The notes beneath the pieces are model-generated. The model searched no databases. It saw only the letters and a program-made list of their open reading frames with translations, and was not told the origin of the DNA. DNA of 64,000 nt from Massalongia carnosa. Lineage: Eukaryota. Positions 27,199-39,768 of this stretch are shown in pieces. The position numbers were made by a program, and so were the translations under genes. Where the stretch lies: NCBI GenBank assembly GCA_965645245.1, contig OZ287069.1, positions 186,001-250,000 on the forward strand. Direction: 5' to 3'. Position 1 is the stretch's first letter, and every line of letters begins with the position of its first letter.

Positions 27199-27831
27199 TA
27201 TGGCAAGCGCTCTGAAACAACGATATTATAAGATATGTAAAAAGTATGATATACCTGCAAAACCCGTCCTTCCAAAACGAAGGCACGCGGACACCTATAG
27301 GATTTCCGTGCATCAATAGCAACAGGGAAGAGTACAATATTCAGCAGACCCGCAATGACGAAGGGCGGCCGGAAATGAGGCAAACCGACCAGCAATTATG
27401 AGCCGCCACAAACGCATGGAAAAATTGAGAGAGGGACAGACTTACCTGGATCAGTATCAGGACCTGGCGTTTGGCAAGAATTAAATATCTCATAAGACAT
27501 GTCCGCGTGTTATTAAAATTAATATAGGTGGGTTAGGATCCATTTGAGAGTGTAAAGATTGCATTTCTGCGTGCTCAAAAGAAAACTTGCAAAGTCTCAG
27601 AAACGACTAGACTTCTTGCCTCCACGACAAGTATACATACCAATACCAAGTACATGAATGAGGGATCACGCGGAAGCCATTTGATCAGGGCTAACCCAAC
27701 GTACCGCGTGGACGTCACCCTGGTCATCCTCGGTAGAGAAAACTGCTCAGCTTACCCTAAGTGAGATTGCAGACTCATTCCCATCACGCTTTCTTGTCAA
27801 CCAGTCGCCCCTATATTCGGTTGATGCACTC

Positions 27832-29358
27832 TCATAGCAAGATGATGAGTGCAAAACCCACAGCAAACGACGTGCCCAACGTGAAAGGCGAGAAAACCGT
27901 TGCCAAGTTGTCATTTGCAGACTGTGAGCTCACTGTACCCGTCGCAGTCCCTGCAGGTCCCCCGGTCACTGTGACGGTGGCAGGTCCGCCGGCAGTCGGC
28001 ACACCTCCAGCACCAGCTATGGCCCCCGTCATACCATTCGTGCTTCCGCCTTGTGTCACTGAAACAGTTCCCGGTCCGCCACTAGTTGTCGAGTCACTCG
28101 CTGAGACAGTGACGGTCACTGGCAAATCATCCGCGCTGTCCTGCTTTGAGCTCGACGCCCGACCTGAGCTTGGGGCTTGACTTTGAGATTGAATCATGGA
28201 CGCCTGCTGACTCGGCGCTGGGTCTGGATTGGTAGTCTGACTGCCGGTCGAAGCTTCTGAGCTACCTGGAATGCCGATATTCTCCCAATCACTTGACCAG
28301 CTCGAGCCATCCCACCCTTTGTGATATACTGCTCCATCAAGACCGACACCGAAGACGTCAAGTCTATCCTGTGCCCACGATTCAACTTGTGGAGGGCTGC
28401 TGAATACCCCTCCGAGTGAGTCCCAATCGGATTGCCATTGCCGACCATCCCAGGCCTTGTGGTAAATGGCACCGTCAAGTCCGATGCCAAAGACATCGAG
28501 CCGGTCTGAAGACCAGGCAGCCACAGCTGGCTCGCTTAGGAACTCGCCGCCGAGGGAGTCCCATTGAGTTTGCCAAATTCGACCGTTCCACGAATTGTGA
28601 TACATAGCATAATCCATTCCCATTCCAAAGACGTCAAGGCGGTTTGGACCCCATGAGACGACGGCCAGATTGCTGGAGAATCTCACACCGCTACTGCCCA
28701 GAGTATCCCAGTCTCCTTGCCAACTGCGCTCGTAGGCCTTGTGCCAGACATTGTTATCCAGACCCCGGACGAAAACGTCCAAGCGGCCCGAACCCCACGA
28801 TGTCACAATCGGTGGATTGGTGCAGGTGCCCCCGATGCTATCCAACGTCCACGAAGAGCCATCCCATGCATTGTGCCACACTGCTTTATCGAGCCCCAGC
28901 GCAAAAACATCCAGCCGGTTGGAGCCCCATGACGCTACGGCTGGACTGGAAGCGAATATGCCCTCCAAAGAGCCCCATCCACTGTCCCAGGAGTCTCCGT
29001 CCCAGGCTTTGTGGCTCATATCGCCGTTGTCGCCGACCTTGATGACGTCAAGCCGGTCCGGACCCCATGCGGCTACGGCTACGGCAGGTTGAGCGTAGGT
29101 GAGACTGCCTGTCAGGCTATCCCATTGCTGCTGCCATGAAGACCCTCCCCAGGACTGATGGGAAATCTCGTTATTGGCGTCGCTCGAGATGAGATCCAAG
29201 CGGTTTGTGGCCCAGGAGACGACAGCGAAGATCTTCTTGACCACGGAGATGGGCATGTCTGCGAGTCTTGAAGCAGATACCCGAAAACAAACGCAACGCG
29301 ACAATAAAGAGGGAGAGCCGGATTCGAGGCCGCGAGAAAGGAAATACCAGCTGCCCAT
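27832..29358 (-). CDS. Seven-repeat beta-propeller lectin-like protein (PLL/fucose-lectin type) with a Ser/Thr stalk and predicted GPI signal; N-terminus uncertain
   Basis: Seven V.SWG..RLDVF..G.D....H..W repeats; S/T/G-rich linker; hydrophobic C-terminus FAVGFALIILL. Confidence 0.8.
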   Translation of the reverse strand: MGSWYFLSRGLESGSPSLLSRCVCFRVSASRLADMPISVVKKIFAVVSWATNRLDLISSDANNEISHQSWGGSSWQQQWDSLTGSLTYAQPAVAVAAWGPDRLDVIKVGDNGDMSHKAWDGDSWDSGWGSLEGIFASSPAVASWGSNRLDVFALGLDKAVWHNAWDGSSWTLDSIGGTCTNPPIVTSWGSGRLDVFVRGLDNNVWHKAYERSWQGDWDTLGSSGVRFSSNLAVVSWGPNRLDVFGMGMDYAMYHNSWNGRIWQTQWDSLGGEFLSEPAVAAWSSDRLDVFGIGLDGAIYHKAWDGRQWQSDWDSLGGVFSSPPQVESWAQDRLDVFGVGLDGAVYHKGWDGSSWSSDWENIGIPGSSEASTGSQTTNPDPAPSQQASMIQSQSQAPSSGRASSSKQDSADDLPVTVTVSASDSTTSGGPGTVSVTQGGSTNGMTGAIAGAGGVPTAGGPATVTVTGGPAGTATGTVSSQSANDNLATVFSPFTLGTSFAVGFALIILL

Positions 29359-29980
29359 GTCGGATGGCGAAGGCCAGCATTCTTAAAGCCACGAGGTAGC
29401 AGAGCCTCTCGCTAAGAGGGGAGGCCAAGCTCCCAGCGGTGCAGCGTACTTACTTACTGGGGGCCGGAAAGACGCTTTAGCCACCGTTTAAAAGCATCAA
29501 AGGGTTCCAGACTCAACTGTCACGCCAGCCTTGCGGCTTCGGGGACTAGCCGCGCATTAGGGAATTTCCCACACCAGTGACAACCTCGCGGAATCTGCGG
29601 GATGAGTACAGTAGTGCTTATGCGGCGAGGCTGTCAAAGCTAGCAGGATGCCGTTACTCCAATAATAACGTCGACGTGACTCCGCTTTGAACAGGGCGTG
29701 CAGATCGACGGACATTCTTGGCATGTTGGGTAGGAACGCTGCCAGCAAAGTGGGAGCTCGCTAAATTCCGAGGCTCTACATATACCGTTCGAAGCCCAGA
29801 CGCTACTACAGTAGTCCGCATGCAGAGCAGCGGCGTAGTGTCCTTTAGCGTCCTGGCCCCTCAATCACATCGGCCCTGTAGTTGGGCAAATGCAAGTTGA
29901 TGATGAGTATGAAGGATGACGCGAAAAGTAAAGCCGACGGTTTAAGAAGGCTTAATTAGGCAGCCGTCTCGACAGAATAG

Positions 29981-30303
29981 GAGAGTATGGGGGCACCCGC
30001 CCTTGTCTTCAAAAAACTGGAATCACTCCTATTTTGACTATCTTCAGAGTGCGTTCTACCCCCGAATACTACCAACAAACGCTTAAAAGAAATAAAAAAC
30101 ATGATTAACTCTCTAGCGCACAGAAAGAGCGTAGAGAGCTAGTGTATATAGGAGAGGCCCCCCGGGAGGGAGGGAAGGAACCTGTTCACGAGCGACGCGC
30201 TCTGAAGCTAGCAAGACTCACCGAACGAATGATAAGAATTTTCTACAATAAAGGCGAGTATTTTGGGTGGGTGCCCCTAAAAGTTGGGTGCCCCCATACT
30301 CTC
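29981..30303. mobile_element. MITE (probably MULE-derived)
   Basis: 18-bp perfect TIR GAGAGTATGGGGGCACCC; near-TSD CGACAGAAT/CGATAGAAT just outside the ends. Confidence 0.7.
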
Positions 30304-30394
30304 GCGATAGAATGCCATTGATCTCAGAGCAAGAAGCTTTAGCCGAGCAGGAGGCTGCCAATTCAGGCTCCTTTATCCTGCGCCTCTTTGCTTC

Positions 30395-30670
30395 CTCGGT
30401 GCTCCCCCGTAATCCCTGGATACTCCCCCGTACTTTTTCAATGCTCTTTTACTGCGCTCCATTGCTCCCTTATTGCTCCGTTTAAAGCGGCTTTGCTCCC
30501 TTTTCCGAACGGAAACAGCAATTCTAAACCCTAAATTATATATATGTACTATATACACCCCGAACTTAGGATTTAGGATTGCCGTTTCGGGACTGGAAAG
30601 GGAGCAGGGCCGCTTTAGAGGGAGCACCGAGGGAGCACCGAGGGAGCACGGGGGAGCATTAAGGGAGCAC
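30395..30670. repeat. Imperfect foldback built from GGGAGCA-type repeats
   Basis: Arms GCTCC...AAAGCGG...GAAACAGCAATTCTAAACCCTAA and TTAGGATTTAGGATTGCCGTTTC...CCGCTTTA...GGGAGCAC. Confidence 0.6.
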
Positions 30671-31304
30671 ATGGCTGAAACGGGCTTTAGCGTGCGAGCA
30701 AAGATGCGAGGCCTGAGTCAGCAGGCGGTCACTTGTTGGCCTAGGTTCGGGGAAACTCTCTGTATATAAATATCAGTGTGTGCATATATGAATTTCCCGA
30801 ACTGAGGATAAGATGTGACCGCTGGCTGGCTACAAGGTACCGCCGCTTTGCTCCCCCGCTAAAGCCTATCTCGTCTATACGTTTCCTTATTGAACCCCAT
30901 TGCTCCCTCACTCCTCATTGCTCTTCGGCGCCCCTCCTAAGCTACTACCTACTCTTCAATCATTATTTTGTTGCGTTTCTTTTGTTATTTGGTAACTCAT
31001 CAACACTTTTCACAATCCGCCGCGACGTCTTGGAGTTGACGAGGATAATAAACGCTGACTTGCCGGAATATACTGAGCCGAGTAGTCTATCGCGTATGAG
31101 ATACCACATGTGCGAATAGTGCTACCACATAGCAAGAGCCATCAGAGAGCATGAGGTTGTTGGTGTGGATTGACGTCGAGATAGTTTTCTTAGGGTACAG
31201 GTTCGATGGCTGGGGCTTTGACATTTGAATATCATCATAAACGGAAGCTGTTTGTCGATATGCTTTATTCTACCACGGCACATTCTGTATTAAGCCGGAC
31301 GATC

Positions 31305-31350
<46 letters not shown>

Positions 31351-31393
31351 GCTGTTGTTGCTGTTGTTGTTGTTGCTGTTGTTGTTGTTGTTG
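31305..31393. repeat. (TTG)n microsatellite with occasional CTG units
   Basis: Direct reading of the sequence. Confidence 0.98.
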
Positions 31394-31578
31394 CATTTTG
31401 AGTTTTCCATTTTCATGGAAGCAACTTCTAGTTTAATTCTTCCATACTCAGCTGTACCATTGCCCTTCGACAGGTGCAGTCACTTCTTCGCTTGTAAAGC
31501 TACAATGAGCAATCTCCCCCCCAAAGCGACTTCTCAACACACCCCACCCCACCGGGTTCAACTGTGGACTCACATCAT

Positions 31579-33841
31579 CTACTGGCGCATGACAAGCCGC
31601 ACTGATAACCAAGCTGCATGCGCCGGCGCCGAAATATCCAACGTCAACTTTCGCAGCAGGAGACCTAAGACAACTAACAAGAGGGTCAGGAACACCAAGC
31701 AAAACGTCAACACACTAATAGGAGAGTAGCCACAGTTGCATCGCGACTCTGACGTGATAATCCGGCCATTTATGTCGCGGATCTCCACGCGGACGAGGAA
31801 CAATGATTGGGAAAGTAGCCAGTGCAGGAGTCCCGAAGTAATAGTCAGCGGGATAGACCACCGATACGGAAGTTGAAGAAAGTAAGTGCATCTTTGCTGG
31901 CCAGTGGGATTCGTCGCTTTCAACCCTTTGCGCGCCGTACCATAGCTATTCCATTCTCGAGCGAAGCACATTAAAGTGCAAAGGCGGTTAATGGCGAAAT
32001 AGAAGAAGGAAAGGACGGTTTGTGGGGTGTTTGCCAGCCAGGCGTTGAGCAAGATGGTTTTCGAGTCGAAGGATCCGGATGCGATGGCGAGTTGGTCCGG
32101 GGAAGAAGTGCCCCATTTTGTCCAGTAGGATAGGGTGTTCGAAGTCTGATCTTCTCCTGGGAAGACGAATGCGAGGGACACGATGCATGTCGTGCCAGCA
32201 AGAAGTCTGCAGCTGGTAATTAGATCTCCTTCTTCTCTCCGAAAGCCATCGGGCAGTGTCGTCAAAACACTCACAAGATTGAATATGTGATCCATCCGTT
32301 ACTGATAACGCCGAGCAGATAGTGCACTCTGCGGCGCCGCCCTTGCGCAGGCTTATGCTTCTCCCCATGTGAGATTTTTCTCACCAACTCCTTTTACGAA
32401 GGATGCAAGCACCCTGAGTGCTTGCATCCAGTGATTTCAGATAAGATGACACCGCAGCTCCTAGTGTCACTATCTGTTGTGAGAAGCTACCCTTTAGGGT
32501 GAAGAATATTATCACAACAACGATGAACAGCCGGGCGATTTGGATAGAACTGCCTTGTGGAACATGCGTGCTGAGTCCATATGCAACGTGCAGCGTTGTA
32601 TCGCTAGGGGATTGATTCCTCAACGATCCAGTGGAGAGCCATCCATGCTCGTCAATTGAAACTACGGCTTTCCAAGTCTGATCGGTGGACGCGCTGATAG
32701 CGACATAGTCCGGCCACGTCAATTCAGGCATGGAGCTGTTGTAAGCCTTAACGTTGAAGGTCAGTATCGATGAAGGCTGTCCTATGCTGTAGGTCATATC
32801 TGTGGCATTGAGAGTCATCTCGGCGCTGATAGCACTGGTATTTGGCCGGATAGGGCCTGGTACGAATTTATGTTCTGAAACCTGAAGGTCGGGTATGAGT
32901 AGGTAAGACCAGCTTGGCGACGAGGAATTGAGGTCCAACTTGACACCAAGACCGAACTCGTCGATGATCAAGTAGAGGTAACCAACGTTAGGCACATACT
33001 GAGTGTCATACAGTGACTTCCATTTCTCGTTCGTGAGGTTGCTTTTACTGGAAGCCAAAGCACTCACAGCTGATACGTCGCTCGCGTTGATGAAATAGAT
33101 ATTGTAGTCCTGGCCGGTTGTGACCCCGAACACTGCTGAATTATATCTGATTCGAGTCAGCCGCAACCTCCTCAATTGTAAAAAACCAAGGAAAGAAGAA
33201 AATATATACTTGAAAGAGGTGCAAAGGCAAAGAACTCAGTCCTAGTATACACCAAAAGATCATTCAACGCCGACTAATGTATGCCAGATTGTGAAAGCTG
33301 ATAATCCCAATGTCCATCCAGGTATTCCGAGCATGCGCCAGATCAAGTTCCTCTCTCGATGGAGCTGAAAGAATCTGCATGCAGTAATTGCTCGACGTCA
33401 GCAGCGCAGTGCTGAGAATATTGATAACCACGTGATAAGTGAGACCTATCTTCTTCATCGGTTGAGCATCGCCATCATCAAGCGTGCCGATGCCGTCGGT
33501 GTAGCCTCCATGTTTCACACCGCCGACAATTAGTAGAGAAATGTTGAAGACAAGCACGAAGACTGAGATCCAGAAGGCGGTGATGACCCCTAGTCGCCAA
33601 CCGAGGTGCCGCCATTGTGCGGACCGTCTGGCTTTCCACTTGCTGAATTTCGAAGTAGCACGGGCCGAGGCCTTTGCGTCATTGAATGTATCAACAACAA
33701 TATCTCCTTTTGGCTGCCATTCCGATAGGAGAGTGACGGATGGAGTGCTAAACTTCCGTCAGCTCGTGATATGGAATAGCGAGGCGTTTGTGTAAGGGCA
33801 GTCTCACCTAGCCAGTATTTCCTGTTCTGATGCCGAGTCAA
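31579..33841 (-). pseudogene. DUF6536-like fungal multi-pass membrane protein, intron-containing and apparently frameshifted
   Basis: INILSTALLTSSNYCMQILSAPSREELDLAH...WMDIG; ANTPQ...GQQRCTYFLQLPYRWSIPL..SGLLHWLLSQSLF. Confidence 0.7.
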
Positions 33842-34466
33842 TGTTCTTCCGAGTCATAAGTAATGATATTCAACATGTCCACGGAAGCTTTCAATAGAAA
33901 CTATGAAATTTAAACAGAAAATAAGCAAAGCACGAATAGAGATAAGAAAGCCTCAACACTAGTAGAGTGCTATTGCGCTACGGCGGATACGGCGATCTAC
34001 TGTGGTACAGATAATAGCGTTTTTGTCAATAGATAACAAGCTTAACTCGTGTGTTGTATCGCGAAGAAACAATTGCATAAATTATGCTAAGCCGCGCCAA
34101 CAACGTTGAGTAATAGCCCTATAAAGAGGCTAAAATAATGCTGAAGAAGCGAAGGAAGAGGAATAACTAGGTGGGAACATCGATAAAGACAATGGTAAGA
34201 GAAAATAAAATTAGAGCGTTAAGTATACTTCGTAGGGAAAACATTATCTGATAAAAGAACAGGAATACGCACTTTAATAGATAACTAGTTCATGTGACCT
34301 TGTATTGCTTGTATTTCTAAGGTTGGCGGAAACACAGCGATCTGCACCTCGCTGGCGCCGTCACTCTCGCCGGCGCCTCTACTTAGCGCCCCCTTTCGGG
34401 CCTTGGTGCAGATCGCGGTGGATACTCCCAAGCCCAAGATGGAAGCGGCTCGCGCGGCGATGCTGT

Positions 34467-35498
34467 TTAGGAGGCTGAGGGAGGGTGTTGAAAACGGCGT
34501 GAGGTGGCTAAGATGTGGGATTGATGCGTTTGGATATAAAGCTTGTAGGAGTCTGACTTCCACCGGCCTAGTAATTGAATGTCGTTCTCGCTAAGACCGA
34601 CTTCCTTGGCCGACGTCGCTGCACCTTTTCGGAAAGAGGGACCTGAATACTTACCTGTTATGCCTAAGCTCTTAAGCCCTGATCGCATCGCGGTGTTCAA
34701 ATATTCGCGTGTGAAAGCCTTTTGTTTATAGAATAAAGGGGAGGTTGCAGGTAGTGGAAACCGGGTGATAAAATTACGAAGGGATTTTACCGCGCAGGCC
34801 ACGTCCCCTGATGCGGCTATCGTTAGCGTAATGCTTCGACGAAAGGGGTCGGTTTTGAACGCCGGCAAGGAGAGGAACAGCTTATCTGCTTCTAAGTGGA
34901 CGGATTTCCTAGTTAAATGCCATGATTCGAAGCTTGGGTCTGTTAGATCTCTGATAGTGTACGTAAATTCGCCTGCGCGAAGAAATCCTGCGAATGCCAG
35001 ACAGTATGCTGCGTGTAGAGTGGCCTGCGCGTTGTCGGCTAAGTCCAATCGTTTCACTAAACGAAGGAGTATGTTTTTCGTAATGGGCATTCGCTCTTTC
35101 TTGTCGGCTTCGCCATTCTTTCGCTTTATGCCGGCAATGATTCTATTTAGTACGGGATGGTGAAACGTTTCTAGATCCTCAAAGCCCGTGTCGATTTGGC
35201 TGGACCGAACTCCGGCTAGATAGGCCTTGATGGTTTTGGGCTGTATTTTGTGTTCTCCTAGCATCGCTATCCAAGATGACAAGGTCTGATTGGTTGCCGG
35301 AAATGGAGTCGCGTTCATTGATATTCTGCAGTGTGTTACATAGCTTCTTCTCCCTGTGTCATACAAACTGCGGGTTTTGACTGCCAAGCCCCACCACAGG
35401 TATCTAGCTGCTGGTCGGGATAGAGGTATTTCGCTATACCAGCTTTCGGGAGGGTCGCGTGCTAGGATTTGAGTAGAAGTTCCTGTAAATTGGGCCAT
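34467..35498 (-). CDS. Tyrosine recombinase of the retrotransposon (HxxR His replaced by Pro)
   Basis: FAGFLRAGE, KTDPF, SGPSFRKGAAT, LGRWKSDSYKLY. Confidence 0.92.
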   Translation of the reverse strand: MAQFTGTSTQILARDPPESWYSEIPLSRPAARYLWWGLAVKTRSLYDTGRRSYVTHCRISMNATPFPATNQTLSSWIAMLGEHKIQPKTIKAYLAGVRSSQIDTGFEDLETFHHPVLNRIIAGIKRKNGEADKKERMPITKNILLRLVKRLDLADNAQATLHAAYCLAFAGFLRAGEFTYTIRDLTDPSFESWHLTRKSVHLEADKLFLSLPAFKTDPFRRSITLTIAASGDVACAVKSLRNFITRFPLPATSPLFYKQKAFTREYLNTAMRSGLKSLGITGKYSGPSFRKGAATSAKEVGLSENDIQLLGRWKSDSYKLYIQTHQSHILATSRRFQHPPSAS

Positions 35499-38400
35499 TT
35501 GTTAGCGATTCTCTCCAATTTGCCCCGTGATAGGAGGTCAGCGAGCTCATTTGACTTTGTTGGGATCCAACGTATTGCAATCCGAATATCATGAATAGCG
35601 GTCAGCATTGCGATTGCCCGAAGGGACCGCATAGCGTTTCCACGAATAGATGATTTCCTTATTCCTGACGTGACAGCAAAGTTGTCACAGTGGAAAATCA
35701 CATGGCTCCCTGCACAAAGAGGGAGCCATTTACGCAAAGCGTGTAATATCGCTGTCATTTCTTTGACATTGATGTGAGTTGGCCTAAGCCGAGACGTGAA
35801 ACGTTCAGAAAGTGCATGCTCAGCGGGCATGGTAAAACTGGTATGATCCTCCACTAGGATGTAGGCCCCAATGCCGTACCCTGATGCGTCCGTCCAAAGA
35901 CGAAATGTCTCGCGAGGACGTCTAACATGCGAATGCCATTCCATTTAGGTAAAAAAAGATGCCACCACTGCAGGTCGGCTTTGATATTCTCGTTAATATG
36001 AATATGACGCCCACGAGACATGGCTTTTGCGTTAAAAAGACGTCGGAGGAAAGCTCTCCCTGGCACTACCACTTTAGCTGCGAATGACAAAAATCCCACC
36101 AAGGAGTCTAATTCCTCCCTTCTAATCGATGATTTTTGCAAGGCCTGTTTGACGAGGTCTTTGGCTTTCTGCAGTTTGTCTGGTGGTAGCCGTGCTTCCA
36201 TGAGCACAGTATCCAATTCGATGCCTAAGAAATCGATCACATGACCAGTTTTATTTTTCTTTTCGTTGACTGCGATTCCAAAAGGTCTTTGCAAAGATCG
36301 AAGAAGTACTGAGTGAAAGCTTCCGCTTCGGGATTAGTGCGGCAAACTGCCAAGAAATCATCTACACTACCAGATCCGTGTCATATTACCCAACATTACA
36401 GCACGGGTCACCTTGGGTAATGATATGGGTAATAATTACCCAACTTTAATTTTAACGTCCAATATTACCCAACGTTACAGCACCGTCGCCTTGGGTAATG
36501 ATGTGGGTAATGGTTACCCAACTTTAAGTTTAACATCCCATATTACCCAACGTTACAGCACCATCACCTTGGGTAATGATTACCCAACTTTGAGTTTAAG
36601 TCAATAATATAGCCAGCTTATCTCCTCCTCTCCCTTACGAGAGGTTAGTAAGCAAACATTGACAAGCCAGAACGCGCTATTGTTTTGTTTGTTAATTTTC
36701 TTTTAATTTCCCACATCCTGTCTTGAAGAAAAAATTCTCCTTGCTTTCTCATCCTTCCATCTCTCGCAACCTCTTCCCTCTTCACAACCTCTTCTATCTT
36801 CCATCTCTTTCATCATTTGTTTTTTTCTTTACACTCAATCAACAATGGCTCCTCCCAATATTCATAAGCGAAAAGCAGTAAGATCTATTCCGACCAGGTC
36901 ATATCGTAATTGCCTACCGCATCAAAAACATCCGGCTCTCACCTGCTTGGTATCTACACTGGGAATTTGCGCCCATGCATGTCCCTGTCTCTTAGTCCGT
37001 ACAGACTATGCTTCTATGATATGATATAAATAATATTACATGTGGCCGGTGCAGATGCCAAGCAGGTGGTGTTTCTGATGCGGTAGGAAATCATAACATG
37101 ACCTAACGGTTTGTTCAGCCATTATCATATATTGATCTTTGAATATTTAGACTCATGCTGGCTTGAACAATCTAGAGCTTTCAAATACGGCACCTTCAAT
37201 GCGAAATGGAGACCCTTCGGCTTCTTTGGAGACCGGTACATCCGCATGGGGACCTAGCCCTGGCAAGAATCATTTCCATGTTGATATAAGTAATTTACCA
37301 TTCTAATTAAATTGTTAAAGGCACTTCTCTGGGTAATGCACCGTCATCGTCGTCTTCAAATAACCCGCATCCTCGATCAGCAACCAACTCTACGCGATTA
37401 CCGCTTGCTACACAAGGTCCTGTATCTACATCAGAGCAAGCCGCTATCTTTCGATCGATTCAACGGGAAGATCCTTTGGATCACGACCTCGTCGAAACTT
37501 TTATCAAGGTATGGCATGAACTTGTTCCCTCTCTTAATATGTAATCGCACCACGTTCAATGTTTCATGTTTTATTTAGAACATGCTTTTTAATGATACAT
37601 ATTAGAGTTCCACGGGGTACCAACTAGCATCTATATACAAGCTTCAGTTGCAAAATAGGAAGGAGATCACACGGATTAAAAAGGAAGCCAAATCTACAAA
37701 ATATGCCACAGAGCTACGGGCGGTTTGTGTAATCTTTCAGCATAATACCTGTGGCTCATGTTTGCAGATAATCAGACCCATAATACGCCGACGCTTAACT
37801 TTGGAACGATACAAAGAAAGCACATGGAGCGATCCCAAGCAAGTATTAGTACGTTATCATTAGGCTCGTTTGGTATTCCATAGCTAATACTATAGTTAAG
37901 ACCTCATTACGAGGTTATTTTCCTTCCGATCTAATACTTCCAGACAATGCTGTCGCTTTAGTGGGGAAAGTCCGCATAGAGGAAAAGGCTAAACTAAAGG
38001 AACGACTCCTCAAGTGTCAAGATGTTGTCGATAAACCTCTTGCGGATTTTGCCGAATGCCTAAGGTCAGAAGTGGACTCGGAGACCAAACATGTGGACAA
38101 TGACATGTCTTTGTGGGAAGCAGCAGCTTGTTGGGTAGGCTTCCCTTCATATTATTATCTTGCATCTTGTTTATTGCAAAAGCTAATATCAATGAATGAT
38201 AGAGATATGTTGTTCTTGAGCAGATGGAAAAGAAAGAAGGAAGTTTCTGGTTCCAGGTTGATAAGATTTTGATGAATATAGACGCAGACTGGTACGTCAA
38301 ACTGAATAACTCTTGTCTTTTCTGTGGTAGAGTTTCTTCATGAACTAATTTAAACAGGGACTTTTATACTCCTGACGTATTAGAGTATGGTCGTGCGTCT

Positions 38401-39671
38401 CTAAGTGACGGCTTAACTTTGGATCAAAATCCCACTCTCGATACTGCTTTAGATTCGAATAATACAACACCGCTGGCAGAGGATGAAGATAACGATAATT
38501 CTACCGAATAAGGCGAGTTGAGTTTTTCTAGGCTTGGAATTGATCCACTGGACGGTTGTTTCTTGATCGGTCGGACTGAGCTCAAAGAAAGGAAGGGGGG
38601 AAGGGCCGGGCAGACATAGACTGACTGTACAGGTTTTACATATGAAGATAATGTGATCTGGGTATCGTTGTCTATATGAGAAAGTCTAATCATTAGATAT
38701 CCTCGAGACAGATTAAATACAAGTTTTTTCTTCGATTTTGATTCAGGATGCAGATTTGGCGGCGGCGCCAGTGAGCCTGTAATATTGAGTCGCAAGCTCC
38801 AAACTAAGTTTTAATGCATCATGAGTCATCATTATACGTTAAATGATGTAATGGTTACCCGATTGTTGGGTAATGGTTACCCAATTATGCTCCTCATCAT
38901 TATGTAACGTTATCCCCTCATGGTGGTAAAACATTGATAGAAAACATTACCCAACGTTACATAATGATACAACCGTAACCATTAGGTAACGTTATGCAGA
39001 TATGGTAGTGTAGATAATGAAGCACATCATGTTGATTTTGTAAACACATCCAATTTATCCCCTTTGCAAACAAATCGAATAGAAAAGGAGAGGTGCGCAA
39101 GCCGAAAGGTAGAAAGCGCTCCATCCAGTACACTTTATCCCATTGAAATCCCAGCAGCCACCAGTCGCTTTTAGCCACGGGTATATGGCGAAAGGCATCG
39201 GAGAAATTCCTTTTTACTAATATGCACATTTTTCCTTGTTTTCTTATTTTGGCGACAGCGTCATCGAATGTGGGGTATTCCAAGGCCCCCCATTCCTGAG
39301 GGATGAATTCATTTACCGACGATCCTTCAGGATGAGATAAATGATGGATACGGCGCCATGTACCATTTGATTTGGGTACGAGACCTAATGGGGATGATAT
39401 GAACTTGGAGGGAAGAATATCTACTCGCGTCAATCGTCCCTTATCCCTCTGCTCCTCGACATCTTTAGTGAGTATATCAGGAAGCTTCTTTTGCTGATAG
39501 CAGATTGGGGCTGAGGATGAATTGTTCTGGGCCGGTATACCCAATCTTGGCCCCATACCGAATAATATCAAAAATAGCCTGCTTGTACACGTTATCGGGG
39601 TGAGTTTCTAGGTGCTTCTTCCAGCCGGTGAGGATGAGTGGTCCTTGCTGAAGAGCCTCGAGTTTGTCCAT
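35462..39671 (-). pseudogene. RT-RNase H of the YR retrotransposon, split at YL|DD by the CACTA insertion
   Basis: WRRIHHLS, DAFRHIPV, LPFGLRTSP, HYL|DDFL, FLGIELD, WTDASG, INVKE, HCDN, NELADLLSR. Confidence 0.9.
36365..39010. mobile_element. Non-autonomous CACTA/EnSpm element
   Basis: CACTACCA...TGGTAGTG termini; TA duplication; arrays of ATTACCCAA/TTGGGTAAT subterminal repeats at both ends. Confidence 0.9.
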
Positions 39672-39768
39672 CAGTCTGTACGGAAAACCTTCCGCGATAT
39701 GGTCATATGGGCTGGCTAGTCAATCCTTCCTATTGACCGGTGTCCAATTCGAATTGTTACGAGATTGG

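Noticed and set aside
30525..30580. Interstitial telomere
   Set aside because: Only isolated CCCTAA/TTAGGA units, not a tandem array
31206..31729. Poly-Cys and poly-Leu ORFs
   Set aside because: Translation artefacts of the (TTG)n microsatellite
34467..35498. Starship captain or Crypton recombinase
   Set aside because: Short YR overlapping RNase H/RT with an upstream gag-like ORF, which is DIRS-order retrotransposon organisation
36380..36600. Repeat array with a repetitive ORF (36413-36607)
   Set aside because: CACTA subterminal repeats, mirrored at 38820-38995
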